NCBI GenBank assembly: GCA_039818985.1
Contig: JBCBSU010000001.1
Location: forward strand, 24,367-88,366
Source: Pseudomonadota bacterium
Lineage (GTDB): Bacteria > Pseudomonadota > Alphaproteobacteria > Sphingomonadales > Sphingomonadaceae
Reading direction: 5' to 3'
Length of the DNA stretch: 64,000 nucleotides
Position numbers and translations under genes: made by a program. Below the pieces are notes generated by a model. The model searched no databases. It was given only the letters and a program-made list of their open reading frames with translations, and had not been told where the DNA came from. Of the stretch, positions 10,885 through 20,444 are shown one piece after another. The stretch's first letter is position 1. Every line of letters begins with the position of its first letter.

Positions 10885-11634
10885 CTATTCCTGACTGCTG
10901 AGCAGGAAAAGCAGGTTGCGGAACATGGCCATGAAGGCGATGTACAGCATCAGTGCACCCATGATCACCACCTTGTTCTGGCTCTCGGTGCCGGAAACAT
11001 AGGCATAGACGCTTTTCAGCCGCTGCGTTTCATAAGCAGTCAGCCCGGCAAAAATGCCGATCGAGATGAAGCTCAGCACATAGTTCATGGTGGACGAGCC
11101 TGCGATCCAGTTGATCAGGCTGGCAACGATCAGGCCGATCAGGCCCATCAGCAGGAAGCTACCCCAGCCGGACAGGTCTTTCTTGGTGGTATAGCCCCAC
11201 AGGCTAAGCCCGGCAAAGGCCGCCGCAGTAGAGAAGAATGCGAGCGCTATTGTCGTCCCCGGTATAAGGGCAAAGACCAGCGCCATGCTAAGTCCGGTAA
11301 GGGCGGCATAAAGCCAGAACATCACCTGCAGCGCTCCGGCGGAGAATTTCTCATAGCCGAAGCTCATGGCCAGGACGATGGCCAGGGGGGACAGCATGAT
11401 TGCCCACATCAACAGGCCACCATTGAAAATCACAGGCACCAGTCCCGATCCTGCGACCACCATGGCGATGATGCCGGTGAACAATACACCGCTTGCCATA
11501 TAGTTGTAGATTGACAGCATATAGCTGCGCAGTCCGGCATCGAATGCCTCGCTGCGGATATCGCCGGGTGCGCCGACATAGGGTGATCCGGACTGGCTCC
11601 CCCGGGTCAGGCGTGGATCAAAGCGATCGGCCAT
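10885..11634 (-). CDS. Bax inhibitor-1/YccA family membrane protein
   Basis: Seven TM helices. Start at ATG 11634, preceded by a GAGGAG RBS. Confidence 0.8.
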   Translation of the reverse strand: MADRFDPRLTRGSQSGSPYVGAPGDIRSEAFDAGLRSYMLSIYNYMASGVLFTGIIAMVVAGSGLVPVIFNGGLLMWAIMLSPLAIVLAMSFGYEKFSAGALQVMFWLYAALTGLSMALVFALIPGTTIALAFFSTAAAFAGLSLWGYTTKKDLSGWGSFLLMGLIGLIVASLINWIAGSSTMNYVLSFISIGIFAGLTAYETQRLKSVYAYVSGTESQNKVVIMGALMLYIAFMAMFRNLLFLLSSQE

Positions 11635-11773
11635 AATGGTTATACTCCTCAACGTCGGCACAATTGCCGATTTCCTACCAATATCGCGATTTTTGCGCGA
11701 TTTTCAAGCGAAACACCATGAAATTGGCTCAGGGAGTTCTGCCTTTTATCGAAGTTTCATGCGCAATAGCGCA

Positions 11774-12205
11774 TTAACCATGCTGGATGTAATCCCGCAT
11801 TGCCGCAGCTTCCGCCTCTATCTTGTCGATACGGAACTTCACCAGATCGCCGATCGAGACGAAACCGACCAGCCGCTCATTATCGACCACCGGCAGATGG
11901 CGTATGCGCCGCCGGGTCATCAGCGACAGCGCCGCCAGTACACCGGTATCCGATGACACGGTGACCGCGGGTGTGGTCATCGCCTCTTTCACCTCGCTGT
12001 CGAGAATGGCGTCGCCCTGATCGGTAATGCGATAGACCAGGTCGCGTTCGGAAAATATACCCTCGACCTTGCCATCGCGCAGCACCGGGACCGCGCCGAT
12101 GCGGTGCTTTGCCAGCAAGGCGACAACCTCGCGGACGGTATCACTGCAATCGCAGCTGACGATGTCATGATCTCCATGGTGCTCCAAAATGGCCGAAATG
12201 GTCAT
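11774..12205 (-). CDS. CBS domain pair protein
   Basis: Two CBS repeats (…VREVVALLAKHRIGAVPVLRDGKVEGIFSERDLV… and …LMTRRRIRHLPVVDNERLVGFVSIGDLV…). Confidence 0.8.
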   Translation of the reverse strand: MTISAILEHHGDHDIVSCDCSDTVREVVALLAKHRIGAVPVLRDGKVEGIFSERDLVYRITDQGDAILDSEVKEAMTTPAVTVSSDTGVLAALSLMTRRRIRHLPVVDNERLVGFVSIGDLVKFRIDKIEAEAAAMRDYIQHG

Positions 12206-12368
12206 GGCTTTGTCCTCTCTTTCAAAGCTTCTCCCCTGCAAGGCCTGTGGTCATGCGTGCGATTGTTCCAGCATGGCGCGACGACTCGCGGTCTTTGCGT
12301 CGCCATGGTTTCATGAATAGCGGCTTTTGTAAAAGTACCGCCATTTTGGCGGTCGGGCCGGTCGGGCC

Positions 12369-12785
12369 ATGGCATCACCGGCTGATCCGGGATTTGGTTG
12401 GCAGCGCCCGCTCCAGCGCCTATATCGGCACGGCATGATGCTGTGCGATGCGGCATCGCCCCCGTTCCGCAACAACCGGATAAACGCAGTGACCAAACGC
12501 TCCAATCTCGATGATCCCGAAGTCGCGGCCCATGCCTGGGCGCGTTATTGGCGGATCATGCGCTTCATGGCGCTGTTGACGCTGATATGCGTGGTCATCG
12601 CGCTGGCGATATTGTTCGCGCAATATGGTTTTGTCTCGATCCATCTCTACATCGCCGCATCGCTCGGCATTGGCGCGACGATGCTGGTCACCGCAGCGCT
12701 GATGGGGCTGGTGTTCCTGTCCAGCGGCACCGGCCATGACGAGGCGATTGACGAGCGGGTCGATGCCGGCTGGAATGACGAATAG
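12369..12785 (+). CDS. Small membrane protein, hypothetical (start uncertain, possibly GTG about 12489)
   Basis: Two TM helices (MALLTLICVVIALAILFAQYGF, IAASLGIGATMLVTAALMGLVFL). Confidence 0.4.
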   Translation: MASPADPGFGWQRPLQRLYRHGMMLCDAASPPFRNNRINAVTKRSNLDDPEVAAHAWARYWRIMRFMALLTLICVVIALAILFAQYGFVSIHLYIAASLGIGATMLVTAALMGLVFLSSGTGHDEAIDERVDAGWNDE

Positions 12786-12806
12786 GCCCGCTAAGGGCGG
12801 ACAAAT

Positions 12807-14381
12807 TCATCCGCGGTCTTCATCATACACACGATAGCGCAGGCTGACCTCGGCATTGGCGGGGATGGTGGTGCGCCAGACGGTCCTGCCATCACGCTCA
12901 AAGGTGCGTTCGCTGATCTTGCGATAGCTATATTCGGGATCGCGGTAGAATTCGCTCTCAAAGGTGATGGCGACCGGATTGGCGTTGGTGATGGTCAATA
13001 TATGGCTGCTCCAGTTCTTGCCGCCCTTGCCGCCCCGTTCGATTATATAATCCACATTATCCGCTGCGCCGAGGGTCAGTTCGACCTCCTCGCCGACCGC
13101 CTTGTCGGTCATGCTATCTTCGCCGACCAGCTGGCGCAGCCCCAGGGCTTGCTGGAAGAACGCAAACTGCCCTGAGGGCAGCGGCTCGCCCAGCCCGTCT
13201 TCGCGCTCATTCTGCATGCGGAAAATGCGGTCAACATCGCCATAGACATAGTCTCTCTCGATGAAGAGCCGATAGACGATCTCGCCTTTGACGTCGGTTT
13301 TCTGGAGGAAAGCGACCTGCTTCTGGCTGTTGGCGGCAACGGTGGTCGGGAAGGGGATGCGGTAGAGCTTGAGATCGCCCAGATCTTCCTGCTCGGCACG
13401 ACGGGCACCGGTGACAACAATATCCATTGCCGCTTCCGCCATCTCCATCTGCATCGGCGCGGAGCGGGGCATCATCATTGGAGGCGGAGGTGGCGGTGGC
13501 GGCGCAGGCAGTGCATAGGGCCGGTAGCGATAGCCTTCAAACGCGCCGGTGGTGCCTGCCGGCCAGCACTGATAGCGCACCGGGCGGCGGCCTTCGGCGA
13601 ACAGCGTATTGGCATAATCGGTGTCGCGAAACACGGTGCCGGCAATGGCATTGGTATTGGCATCGACAAAGCTGGTGGCATCGCCCGAGGCCATGGTCAT
13701 CCAGCCCAATATGTCGACGCTGTCGCCATCATCATCAAGCTCGGCGACATAATTGGCCTGCCAGTCGAAATTCTGCGTCAAATAGGTGAGCATGACGGTG
13801 TAGCGCCCGCCCGGCTGGTCACCAATGGCAACCGAGAGTGTCGGCTTGGCCGAGAGGTTTTCCGGTGCCCGGTCGAACAGCAGCGTCTGGTTGAGGCCGG
13901 TACAGGCGACCGCCTCGAAACCGGCGGCGGTCTGGATCATCAGCCGCTCGGCACCGGATCGGATGATCGCGCTTTCCTCGGTGACCGCACCGCTGGCCGG
14001 GTCGGTGCGGCGCAGGGTGACACGCTGGCCGGTAAAATGGTCGAGCAGACCGCGCTGGGTCAGCAGCCGGGCGTCCTGATTCTTCTCCTCGATACCAATG
14101 CCCTTGACCAGCGCGCTGGCGGGATCGATGCCGCTGGCGACGCCCTCAAAACGGATGGTCGCCGGGCCAGCGGGCAAGGTGATGCTGCGGGTCTCGCTGA
14201 TCAGCGCAAAGCCCTCAAGATAATCGAGGTCCAAGGTTGCATCGGGGCCGCGATCATTATCACGATAGATCGACACCTCGACCGCATCTGGGCCGTCGGA
14301 TGTGACCACCGTCTGCGCCGCAGCAAGAGCGGGCATAAGTAACAGGATCGTCATTGCGAGGAGCCGAAGGCGACGCGGCAA
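12807..14381 (-). CDS. DUF4139 (MuiA-like) secreted protein
   Basis: About 520 aa. Signal peptide (M)PRRLRLLAMTILLLMPALAAAQ with a TTG start at 14381; the alternative ATG at 14354 leaves only MTILLLMPALAAAQ. DUF4139-like architecture with internal PPPPPPPP. The ORF-track N-terminus up to 14456 is encoded by the palindromic repeat and is probably not translated. Confidence 0.7.
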   Translation of the reverse strand: MPRRLRLLAMTILLLMPALAAAQTVVTSDGPDAVEVSIYRDNDRGPDATLDLDYLEGFALISETRSITLPAGPATIRFEGVASGIDPASALVKGIGIEEKNQDARLLTQRGLLDHFTGQRVTLRRTDPASGAVTEESAIIRSGAERLMIQTAAGFEAVACTGLNQTLLFDRAPENLSAKPTLSVAIGDQPGGRYTVMLTYLTQNFDWQANYVAELDDDGDSVDILGWMTMASGDATSFVDANTNAIAGTVFRDTDYANTLFAEGRRPVRYQCWPAGTTGAFEGYRYRPYALPAPPPPPPPPMMMPRSAPMQMEMAEAAMDIVVTGARRAEQEDLGDLKLYRIPFPTTVAANSQKQVAFLQKTDVKGEIVYRLFIERDYVYGDVDRIFRMQNEREDGLGEPLPSGQFAFFQQALGLRQLVGEDSMTDKAVGEEVELTLGAADNVDYIIERGGKGGKNWSSHILTITNANPVAITFESEFYRDPEYSYRKISERTFERDGRTVWRTTIPANAEVSLRYRVYDEDRG

Positions 14382-14432
14382 TCCAGGGACACATGAGATG
14401 CTCTGGATTGCTTCGCTTCGCTCGCAATGACG
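14349..14432. repeat. Composite 84-bp imperfect palindrome made of two inverted gtcattgcgag...caatccag units
   Basis: cgtcattgcgaggagccgaaggcgacgcggcaatccag - ggacacatgagatgctc - tggattgcttcgcttcgctcgcaatgacg. The arms are reverse complements and are related to the single units at 18929 and 61008. Confidence 0.65.
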
Positions 14433-14452
14433 GCTAGAGGTCATTGGTCTCA

Positions 14453-15961
14453 TCAATACCGGGTATCGAAAGTGACGGTCAGCACCGTTTCGCCATTGGC
14501 GGGCACCGGCACCTGCCAGACGCGGGTGTCATTGTTGCGCTGCTTGCCGGGGATGCTTTCGCTCGGCACTCTGGTATCGGCATAATAGCCGCCCAGCCCG
14601 GTCTGGGCGAGATCGACGGTGACCGTGCGGTTGCTGGCATTGGTCACGGTATAGCGCATTTCGGTGCGGTAATATTGCCGCTGCCGCTCGATAGTGGCGG
14701 TCTCGCTGGTGCCGTCCGACCGGGTGATGCGATAGCGCGCGGTGCGTTCCCATTCATCCGAAGCGATACGCGAGCGGTTGACCACCACAGGTTGCACCTT
14801 GATGTCGAACGCCTCGCCGGTGACCAGCGCCAGCTCCGATCCGCCCGGCGTATGGCCGATGCCACTTTCGCCGACAAATTGCGCATTGCCGCGGGCATCA
14901 CGCTGATAGACGCGCACCGTGCCGGCCGGCAGCGCATCGCCAAGCCCGCCTTCGCGGCTGGTCGAGAATTTCAGCACCGAGGATACGCTTTGCGCCTCGT
15001 CGCTGCTGCGCCGCCAGCCATTGGTGAACTGATAGCCGCGTGCCGCCGGTGCCCCGGCAACATCGAGGAAACTGACCTGTTTCTGTTGCGCATTGGCGAT
15101 GGTGGTGCGCTTTTCCAGCGGATAGATATAGAAATCGCCGAGCCGCTCGCGATTGGCGGTTTCGGTGCCCGGGCGATTGCCGCGCGGCGATGACCGGCGG
15201 CCCCGGCTCTGCCGTACCTGGCCGACACTGCCGGCCACCAGCAGCGTGCGGGCATTGGTAAAGCTGGTACCGGTATTGTTGGTCAGCGTGATCCAGCCCT
15301 GGACATCGATGCTGTTGCTGGCTTCATCGAACAGCGCGACATAATCGGCATTCCAGCCCAGGCCCTGGGAGAGATAGCTCAGCGCCAATGGCCTTGTGCC
15401 GCCGCGTGCGGCATCGAGGGTGATCGAAAGCGTTGGCTTGGCCCGCAAATTGGGCGGGATGCGGTCAAAAATGACCCGCACCGGCAGGCCGTCGTCGCGC
15501 AGCACCTCGATACGGTTGCCGATTTGCAGCACCACGCCACCATTCACCGCCAATACCTTGGCGCGCTCGCGGGTCTCAGCACCGGTGGCCGGATTGGTGC
15601 GCAGCAGCGTCACCTGCTGCCCCACAGCCTTGGCCATCAGCGCGCCCGGGGACAGCAGGTCATAATCGAAATTCTGCTCGACAATGCTGAAGCCGTCGCC
15701 GTTGAGCGTTACCGTCTCGGGGCGAATCTGGGCCGAGACATCGGGGAAGGGGATACGGGTGACGCCGCGCGGCACATTGACCTGCCGTTCGTCACGGATC
15801 AGCGCCTGGCCGTTATTGTAAATGGTGACCGAAATATCGCCCTGGGCGCTGGCTTCGGTCGGGGCGGTTTGCGCCGCCAGCGGTATGGGACCGGAAAGTG
15901 CCATCAGCGCAGCGAATGCGGTGGTGGCAGTGGCGGTTTTGGCGATGCTGGAACGGCGCAT
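14453..15961 (-). CDS. DUF4139 (MuiA-like) secreted protein, tandem paralog
   Basis: Signal peptide MRRSSIAKTATATTAFAALMALSGPIPLAAQ. Start at ATG 15961, preceded by a GGGGAG RBS. Collinear similarity to the 12807 gene (shared ...RAPENLSAKPTLS.../...PNLRAKPTLSI...). Confidence 0.75.
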   Translation of the reverse strand: MRRSSIAKTATATTAFAALMALSGPIPLAAQTAPTEASAQGDISVTIYNNGQALIRDERQVNVPRGVTRIPFPDVSAQIRPETVTLNGDGFSIVEQNFDYDLLSPGALMAKAVGQQVTLLRTNPATGAETRERAKVLAVNGGVVLQIGNRIEVLRDDGLPVRVIFDRIPPNLRAKPTLSITLDAARGGTRPLALSYLSQGLGWNADYVALFDEASNSIDVQGWITLTNNTGTSFTNARTLLVAGSVGQVRQSRGRRSSPRGNRPGTETANRERLGDFYIYPLEKRTTIANAQQKQVSFLDVAGAPAARGYQFTNGWRRSSDEAQSVSSVLKFSTSREGGLGDALPAGTVRVYQRDARGNAQFVGESGIGHTPGGSELALVTGEAFDIKVQPVVVNRSRIASDEWERTARYRITRSDGTSETATIERQRQYYRTEMRYTVTNASNRTVTVDLAQTGLGGYYADTRVPSESIPGKQRNNDTRVWQVPVPANGETVLTVTFDTRY

Positions 15962-16084
15962 ATATGTCTCCCCTTGTTGCGCTATCATGCCGTAACGATG
16001 GCGACATGAACAAGAGGAAAATCATACTGTCAGAATCACCTGGCGCGCGGCGGTGCGGGCGAATTCACACCGCTAAAGACAGGC

Positions 16085-16666
16085 TTATTCGGCTGCTACG
16101 GCTTCTGCCGCATCATCATCGGATGCGGCCTTGCGGCGCCGCGGCGCGCGTTTCTTTGGTGCCGGCTTGGTGTCGTCATCCCCGGCGATGGAGGGTGGCA
16201 GCGCATCGAGGTTGAGACCGCTATCCTCATTGCCGGAATCGGCCTCGGCAGCCTGTTTCGGTTTGCGCGAACGGGCCGGGCGGCGGCGTGGTTTGGAATC
16301 GTCGGATTCGTCACCGGCATCATTGTCCTGAGCCTGCTGGTCCGGTGCCCGGTTGTCGGCGCTCTGTTCCTGCCGCTCCTGACGCTCTTCCTCACGCTTT
16401 GCGCGTGCTTCTTCCTGCCGCGCCTTATTGTCGGCGAGGACGCGGAAATAGTGATCGGCGAACTGCATATAATATTCATAATTGACCCGGTCGCCGGCCA
16501 TCTGGGCATCATGCGCCTGCTTCTTGTATTTTTCCATCAGCTGGTTGGCATTGCCGCGTGCCCGGCTGTCGATACGGTTGCCGCTGTCGACACCACGATT
16601 GCCGCCGCTATTGCGGTTGTTGTTGCGACCGCGACGGCGGTTCTGTCCCCGGTTATTGTGATTCAA
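16085..16666 (-). CDS. DUF4167 domain protein (Arg/Asn-rich N-terminus, acidic and basic low-complexity tail)
   Basis: MNHNNRGQNRRRGRNNNRNSGGNR...NANQLMEKYKKQAHDAQMAGDRVNYEYYMQFADHYFRVL is the conserved DUF4167 core common in alphaproteobacteria. Confidence 0.75.
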   Translation of the reverse strand: MNHNNRGQNRRRGRNNNRNSGGNRGVDSGNRIDSRARGNANQLMEKYKKQAHDAQMAGDRVNYEYYMQFADHYFRVLADNKARQEEARAKREEERQERQEQSADNRAPDQQAQDNDAGDESDDSKPRRRPARSRKPKQAAEADSGNEDSGLNLDALPPSIAGDDDTKPAPKKRAPRRRKAASDDDAAEAVAAE

Positions 16667-16957
16667 TGTTCGCCAATCCTGTTTTGCGTGTTGTTGGGCG
16701 ATGTCCGTCCAGCGGATCTTCAGGAGCCATTATCGGGTCATGCATGACCGCCGCAGCACCAAGCAATGGCCCGTAGCGCCAAAATGCGTTGTGTCCGACA
16801 GGCTGTTGTGCCGACTACATGTCATGCAGATACGTCAATGGGTCCAGAAAACATCCTTCATTGTCGGGACCAGCCAAGACAGGAACCACATGGCTATCGC
16901 TGTCTTGCTGAAACAAGGCCTAACGGGCGATGACGGGCTTGCCAAGCGAAAAATGCA

Positions 16958-17815
16958 TCATAGGCTGCTGCTATCATTGTGTGCGACAAGCAGAAGAGCG
17001 CGGGGATGTCCGGCAAGATCATGACGCAGATGCGATATAAAACCACTTTCTCGGGCAATTTTGCCGACGGCTTCTGACTGCGTCGCGCCGATCTCGAAAA
17101 TCGCGATGCCACAATCTGTTAGCAGCCTGTGCAGCTCCGGGATCAGCCGTCGATAGTCATCCAGCCCGTCGCTACCGGCAAACAGCGCCTGATGCGGCTC
17201 ATAATCGCGCACCTGCGGTGCCAGCTGTGCATGCTCCTCGACATAGGGCGGGTTGCACAGGATCAGGTCGAAATGCCGGTCGAGTGTGCTCCAGGCATCA
17301 GCACCGGTCCAGTCGAATCGTCGAAATTGCGCGCGATCGGCCAGTTGCAGGCGTGCCGCATTGTCCTTGGCGATGCCGAGCGCTGCAGCCGACCGGTCGA
17401 GACCCAGCCCCTGCGCTTGTGGCCATTCGGACAGTGCGGCGAGCAGCAGCGCACCCGACCCGGTGCCGAGATCGAGGATATGCCTGGGCGCCTTTCCGCG
17501 GAAATGCGCAGTGGCTGCAGCGATGAGCGTTTCGCTGTCATTGCGCGGGATCAGCACATCAGGAGTAACTTGCAGCGGCAGGCTCCAGAACTCGGCTTCG
17601 CCGGTAATATAGGCCACCGGCTCATGCGCCAGCCGTCGTAACAGCAGGGCACCGAAAATATGCGGTGTAGCCTGCTGCATATGGTTGAGCAGCAAGGTGC
17701 CGCGATCCACGTCGAGCGCGTGTGCCATCAGCAGTTCGGCATCGAGGCGCGGGGTTTCGCTCACCGTCTCGAGCTGTGCAGCGGCATCGCGCAACATATC
17801 GGCGATACTCGGCAT
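16958..17815 (-). CDS. prmC: Release-factor glutamine N5-methyltransferase PrmC/HemK
   Basis: NPPY motif, the SAM-binding motif LDLGTGSG, and position immediately downstream of prfA. Confidence 0.9.
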   Translation of the reverse strand: MPSIADMLRDAAAQLETVSETPRLDAELLMAHALDVDRGTLLLNHMQQATPHIFGALLLRRLAHEPVAYITGEAEFWSLPLQVTPDVLIPRNDSETLIAAATAHFRGKAPRHILDLGTGSGALLLAALSEWPQAQGLGLDRSAAALGIAKDNAARLQLADRAQFRRFDWTGADAWSTLDRHFDLILCNPPYVEEHAQLAPQVRDYEPHQALFAGSDGLDDYRRLIPELHRLLTDCGIAIFEIGATQSEAVGKIARESGFISHLRHDLAGHPRALLLVAHNDSSSL

Positions 17816-18912
17816 TATTCCGCCGCGAGATTGGCGAGGCGTTCGGCCTGGTCCTCGGCGATCAGTGCATCGGTCAGCTCGTTCAGCCCCGGCCCCTCGA
17901 GGATTTCGGTGAGCCGGTGCAGCGTCAGGTTGATCCGGTGATCGGTGACGCGGCCCTGCGGGAAATTATAGGTGCGGATGCGCTCGGAACGGTCGCCCGA
18001 GCCGACCATCGATTTGCGCGCTCCGGCCTCTTCCTCGGCGATACGCGCACGCTCCTGCTCATAGAGTCGGGCGCGCAGGATTTTCATCGCCTTGGCCTTG
18101 TTCTTGTGCTGCGATTTTTCGTCTTGCTGGCTGACCACCAGGCCGGTGGGGATATGGGTAATGCGCACCGCGCTGTCGGTGGTGTTGACGTGCTGACCGC
18201 CCGCGCCCGAGGCGCGGAACACATCGATGCGCAGGTCATTGTCATTGATCGCAACATCGACATCCTCGGGCTCGGGCAGCACCGCCACGGTGGCGGCCGA
18301 GGTATGGATGCGGCCGCCGCTCTCGGTCACCGGCACCCGCTGCACCCGGTGCACGCCGCTCTCGAATTTCAGCTTGGCGAACACCCCGGTGCCGGTGACA
18401 TTGGCGACGACTTCCTTGTATCCGCCCTGATCGGCGGCATTGGCGCTGATCATCTCGACCCGCCAGCCCTGATCGGCGGCGAAACGCTCATACATGCGGT
18501 AAAGGTCGCCGGCGAACAACGCCGCCTCGTCGCCACCGGTGCCGGCGCGGATTTCGAGCATTGCCGGGCGGTCATCGGCGTTGTCGCGCGGCAGGAGTTT
18601 GAGCGCCAGCAGCCGCTCAGCCGAAGGCAGGCGCTCGCCAATATCCGCCTTCTCCTCTTCGGCCATCGTCTTGATTTCCGGATCCTGCCCGGCTTCGCTG
18701 ATCAGCCCGTCAAGCACCTCCAGTTCGGCACGCAGCCGCCGCACTTCTGCCGCTGCCTTGGCGACCGGCTCGACCTCGGCATATTCTTTCGACACCGCGA
18801 CAAAAGCATCGCCCTCAAGCGTGCCCGAAGCCATTTTGGCCTCCAGCTCGGCAAAACGCGCCTCGATCTGGGCAATGCGCTCGGCGGAGATATGCGGGGT
18901 GGTGGATGTCAT
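17815..18912 (-). CDS. prfA: Peptide chain release factor 1
   Basis: GGQ motif ([25 protein letters not shown]) and the PxT-region RF1 fold. Confidence 0.95.
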   Translation of the reverse strand: MTSTTPHISAERIAQIEARFAELEAKMASGTLEGDAFVAVSKEYAEVEPVAKAAAEVRRLRAELEVLDGLISEAGQDPEIKTMAEEEKADIGERLPSAERLLALKLLPRDNADDRPAMLEIRAGTGGDEAALFAGDLYRMYERFAADQGWRVEMISANAADQGGYKEVVANVTGTGVFAKLKFESGVHRVQRVPVTESGGRIHTSAATVAVLPEPEDVDVAINDNDLRIDVFRASGAGGQHVNTTDSAVRITHIPTGLVVSQQDEKSQHKNKAKAMKILRARLYEQERARIAEEEAGARKSMVGSGDRSERIRTYNFPQGRVTDHRINLTLHRLTEILEGPGLNELTDALIAEDQAERLANLAAE

Positions 18913-18928
18913 GGAAAGAGTTTCAAAC

Positions 18929-18963
18929 TTTCGTCATTCCCGCGGAGGCGGGACTGACGAATT
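18929..18963. repeat. Intergenic palindromic repeat element (ttcgtcattcccgcggaggcgggactgacgaa)
   Basis: Near-perfect palindrome between the prfA start and the hisS stop. Same family as 61008..61037. Confidence 0.65.
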
Positions 18964-18979
18964 GTTTTAGAATGACAAA

Positions 18980-20311
18980 TCATAGCGGCCACAGATCGGC
19001 GTCCCAGCCTTGTGCCGTTTGTTCCAATACGGCCTTCTGCACTTTGCCTTCCATTGCTTGATAGATTGGAGATTTTTCTGCATCAGAAACCATCACCTCT
19101 CCATACTCTTTAGGTCTAAGCCTAATACGTCCTATCATCCCATCTTCGAGTAAGTGATCGGTAATAACTGCAGCATACTTCGGGTTTAATTTTAGCGCTT
19201 TATCATAGCGCTTCCGTGCGGAGCCGGAGAAAACAGATTCGGCTACATACCCAGCATCGCGATAAGACTTCAGAACGCATTGTGCGAACTCTAACGAAGT
19301 TTTCGACTTACCATCCCAAATAACGGCGATATCAAGGCGCGGTGGCGTTACGCCCTCCACCAGCATAGCCAGCCGCTCAATCCCAGCCGCCCAGCCGACA
19401 GCCGGCGTATGCGGGCCGCCGAGATTTTCGATCAGCCCGTCATAGCGCCCGCCGCCGAGCACCGTGCCCTGTGCGCCGAGCCGGTCGGTGACGAATTCAA
19501 AGGCAGTGTGACGATAATAGTCGAGACCGCGCACCAGCCGGCTGTTGCGGGTCCAGGCGACACCGGCGGCATCGAGTCCGGCGGTAACGCTGGCGAAAAA
19601 CTGCCCCGCCTCATCGCTCATAAACCGGTCGATATCGGGGGCGGCATCGGCAATCGGCCGGTCGCGTGGGTCCTTGCTGTCGAGGATGCGCAGCGGATTG
19701 CGCTCGAGCCGGTCCTGCGAGTCTTCGGACAGATCGCCGCGATGCGCGGTAAAATGCGCCACCAGCGCGTCGCGCCAGGCATTGCGCGTCGCCGCATCGC
19801 CCAGCGTATTGAGCTGCAGCGTCACGCCCTCGGTGATGCCCAGCTCTTTGAGCAGCTGATCGGCCATCACCAGCAGCTCGACATCGGCCTGCGGCTCCGC
19901 AGCGCCGATAATTTCGGCATCGATCTGGTGAAACTGGCGATAGCGGCCCTTTTGCGGTCGCTCATAGCGGAAGAGCGGCCCGTGCGTCGCCAGCTTGAGC
20001 GGCGCATGCTGCTGCCAGCCATTGGTGAGATAGGCCCGGGCAATGCCGGCGGTGAATTCGGGGCGCAGGGTGATCGAGTCGCCGCCGCGATCATCGAACG
20101 TATACATTTCCTTGGAAACCACATCGGTGCTCTCGCCAAGCGAGCGGGCGAACACCCCGGTGGCCTCGATCACCGGCAGTTCGGCGCGGCGGAAATTGTA
20201 CAGGCGGCGCACCCGCTCAAAGGTCTCGACGACATGGCCGAACCGCTCCTGCTCGTCGCCGAAAATATCCTGGGTACCCCGGACCGCGCCGGGGATATCA
20301 TGCTTTGCCAT
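18980..20311 (-). CDS. hisS: Histidyl-tRNA synthetase; 3' end (anticodon-binding domain) encoded by an AT-rich segment
   Basis: Class II aaRS motifs GTQDIFGDE and [15 protein letters not shown], plus GGGRYDGL. Start at MAKHD (20311). Bases about 18980-19330 are about 45% GC against about 63% for the rest of the gene. Confidence 0.9.
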   Translation of the reverse strand: MAKHDIPGAVRGTQDIFGDEQERFGHVVETFERVRRLYNFRRAELPVIEATGVFARSLGESTDVVSKEMYTFDDRGGDSITLRPEFTAGIARAYLTNGWQQHAPLKLATHGPLFRYERPQKGRYRQFHQIDAEIIGAAEPQADVELLVMADQLLKELGITEGVTLQLNTLGDAATRNAWRDALVAHFTAHRGDLSEDSQDRLERNPLRILDSKDPRDRPIADAAPDIDRFMSDEAGQFFASVTAGLDAAGVAWTRNSRLVRGLDYYRHTAFEFVTDRLGAQGTVLGGGRYDGLIENLGGPHTPAVGWAAGIERLAMLVEGVTPPRLDIAVIWDGKSKTSLEFAQCVLKSYRDAGYVAESVFSGSARKRYDKALKLNPKYAAVITDHLLEDGMIGRIRLRPKEYGEVMVSDAEKSPIYQAMEGKVQKAVLEQTAQGWDADLWPL

Positions 20312-20444
20312 CGTCTTCCATGTCCAAATTTCTGCGCGCTCTAGCGTGTTTTTTGCAAATTCCAAAGGCTCGCTTTATGGGTTTTTTGCACCCGGTATAT
20401 CCGCCTTGCCACCATTTTGCCCTGCTTCATCGAAAGTTTCCCCG

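Noticed and set aside
12807-14456. Extended N-terminus (MMRPMTSSRHCERSEAIQSISCVPGLP...) of the first DUF4139 protein as given in the ORF track
   Set aside because: This part is the translation of the palindromic repeat element (14349-14432). The real start is more likely the TTG at 14381 or the ATG at 14354, just before the signal peptide.
17722-18957. 411-aa plus-strand ORF antisense to prfA
   Set aside because: Shadow frame of a universally conserved gene; no start-site support.
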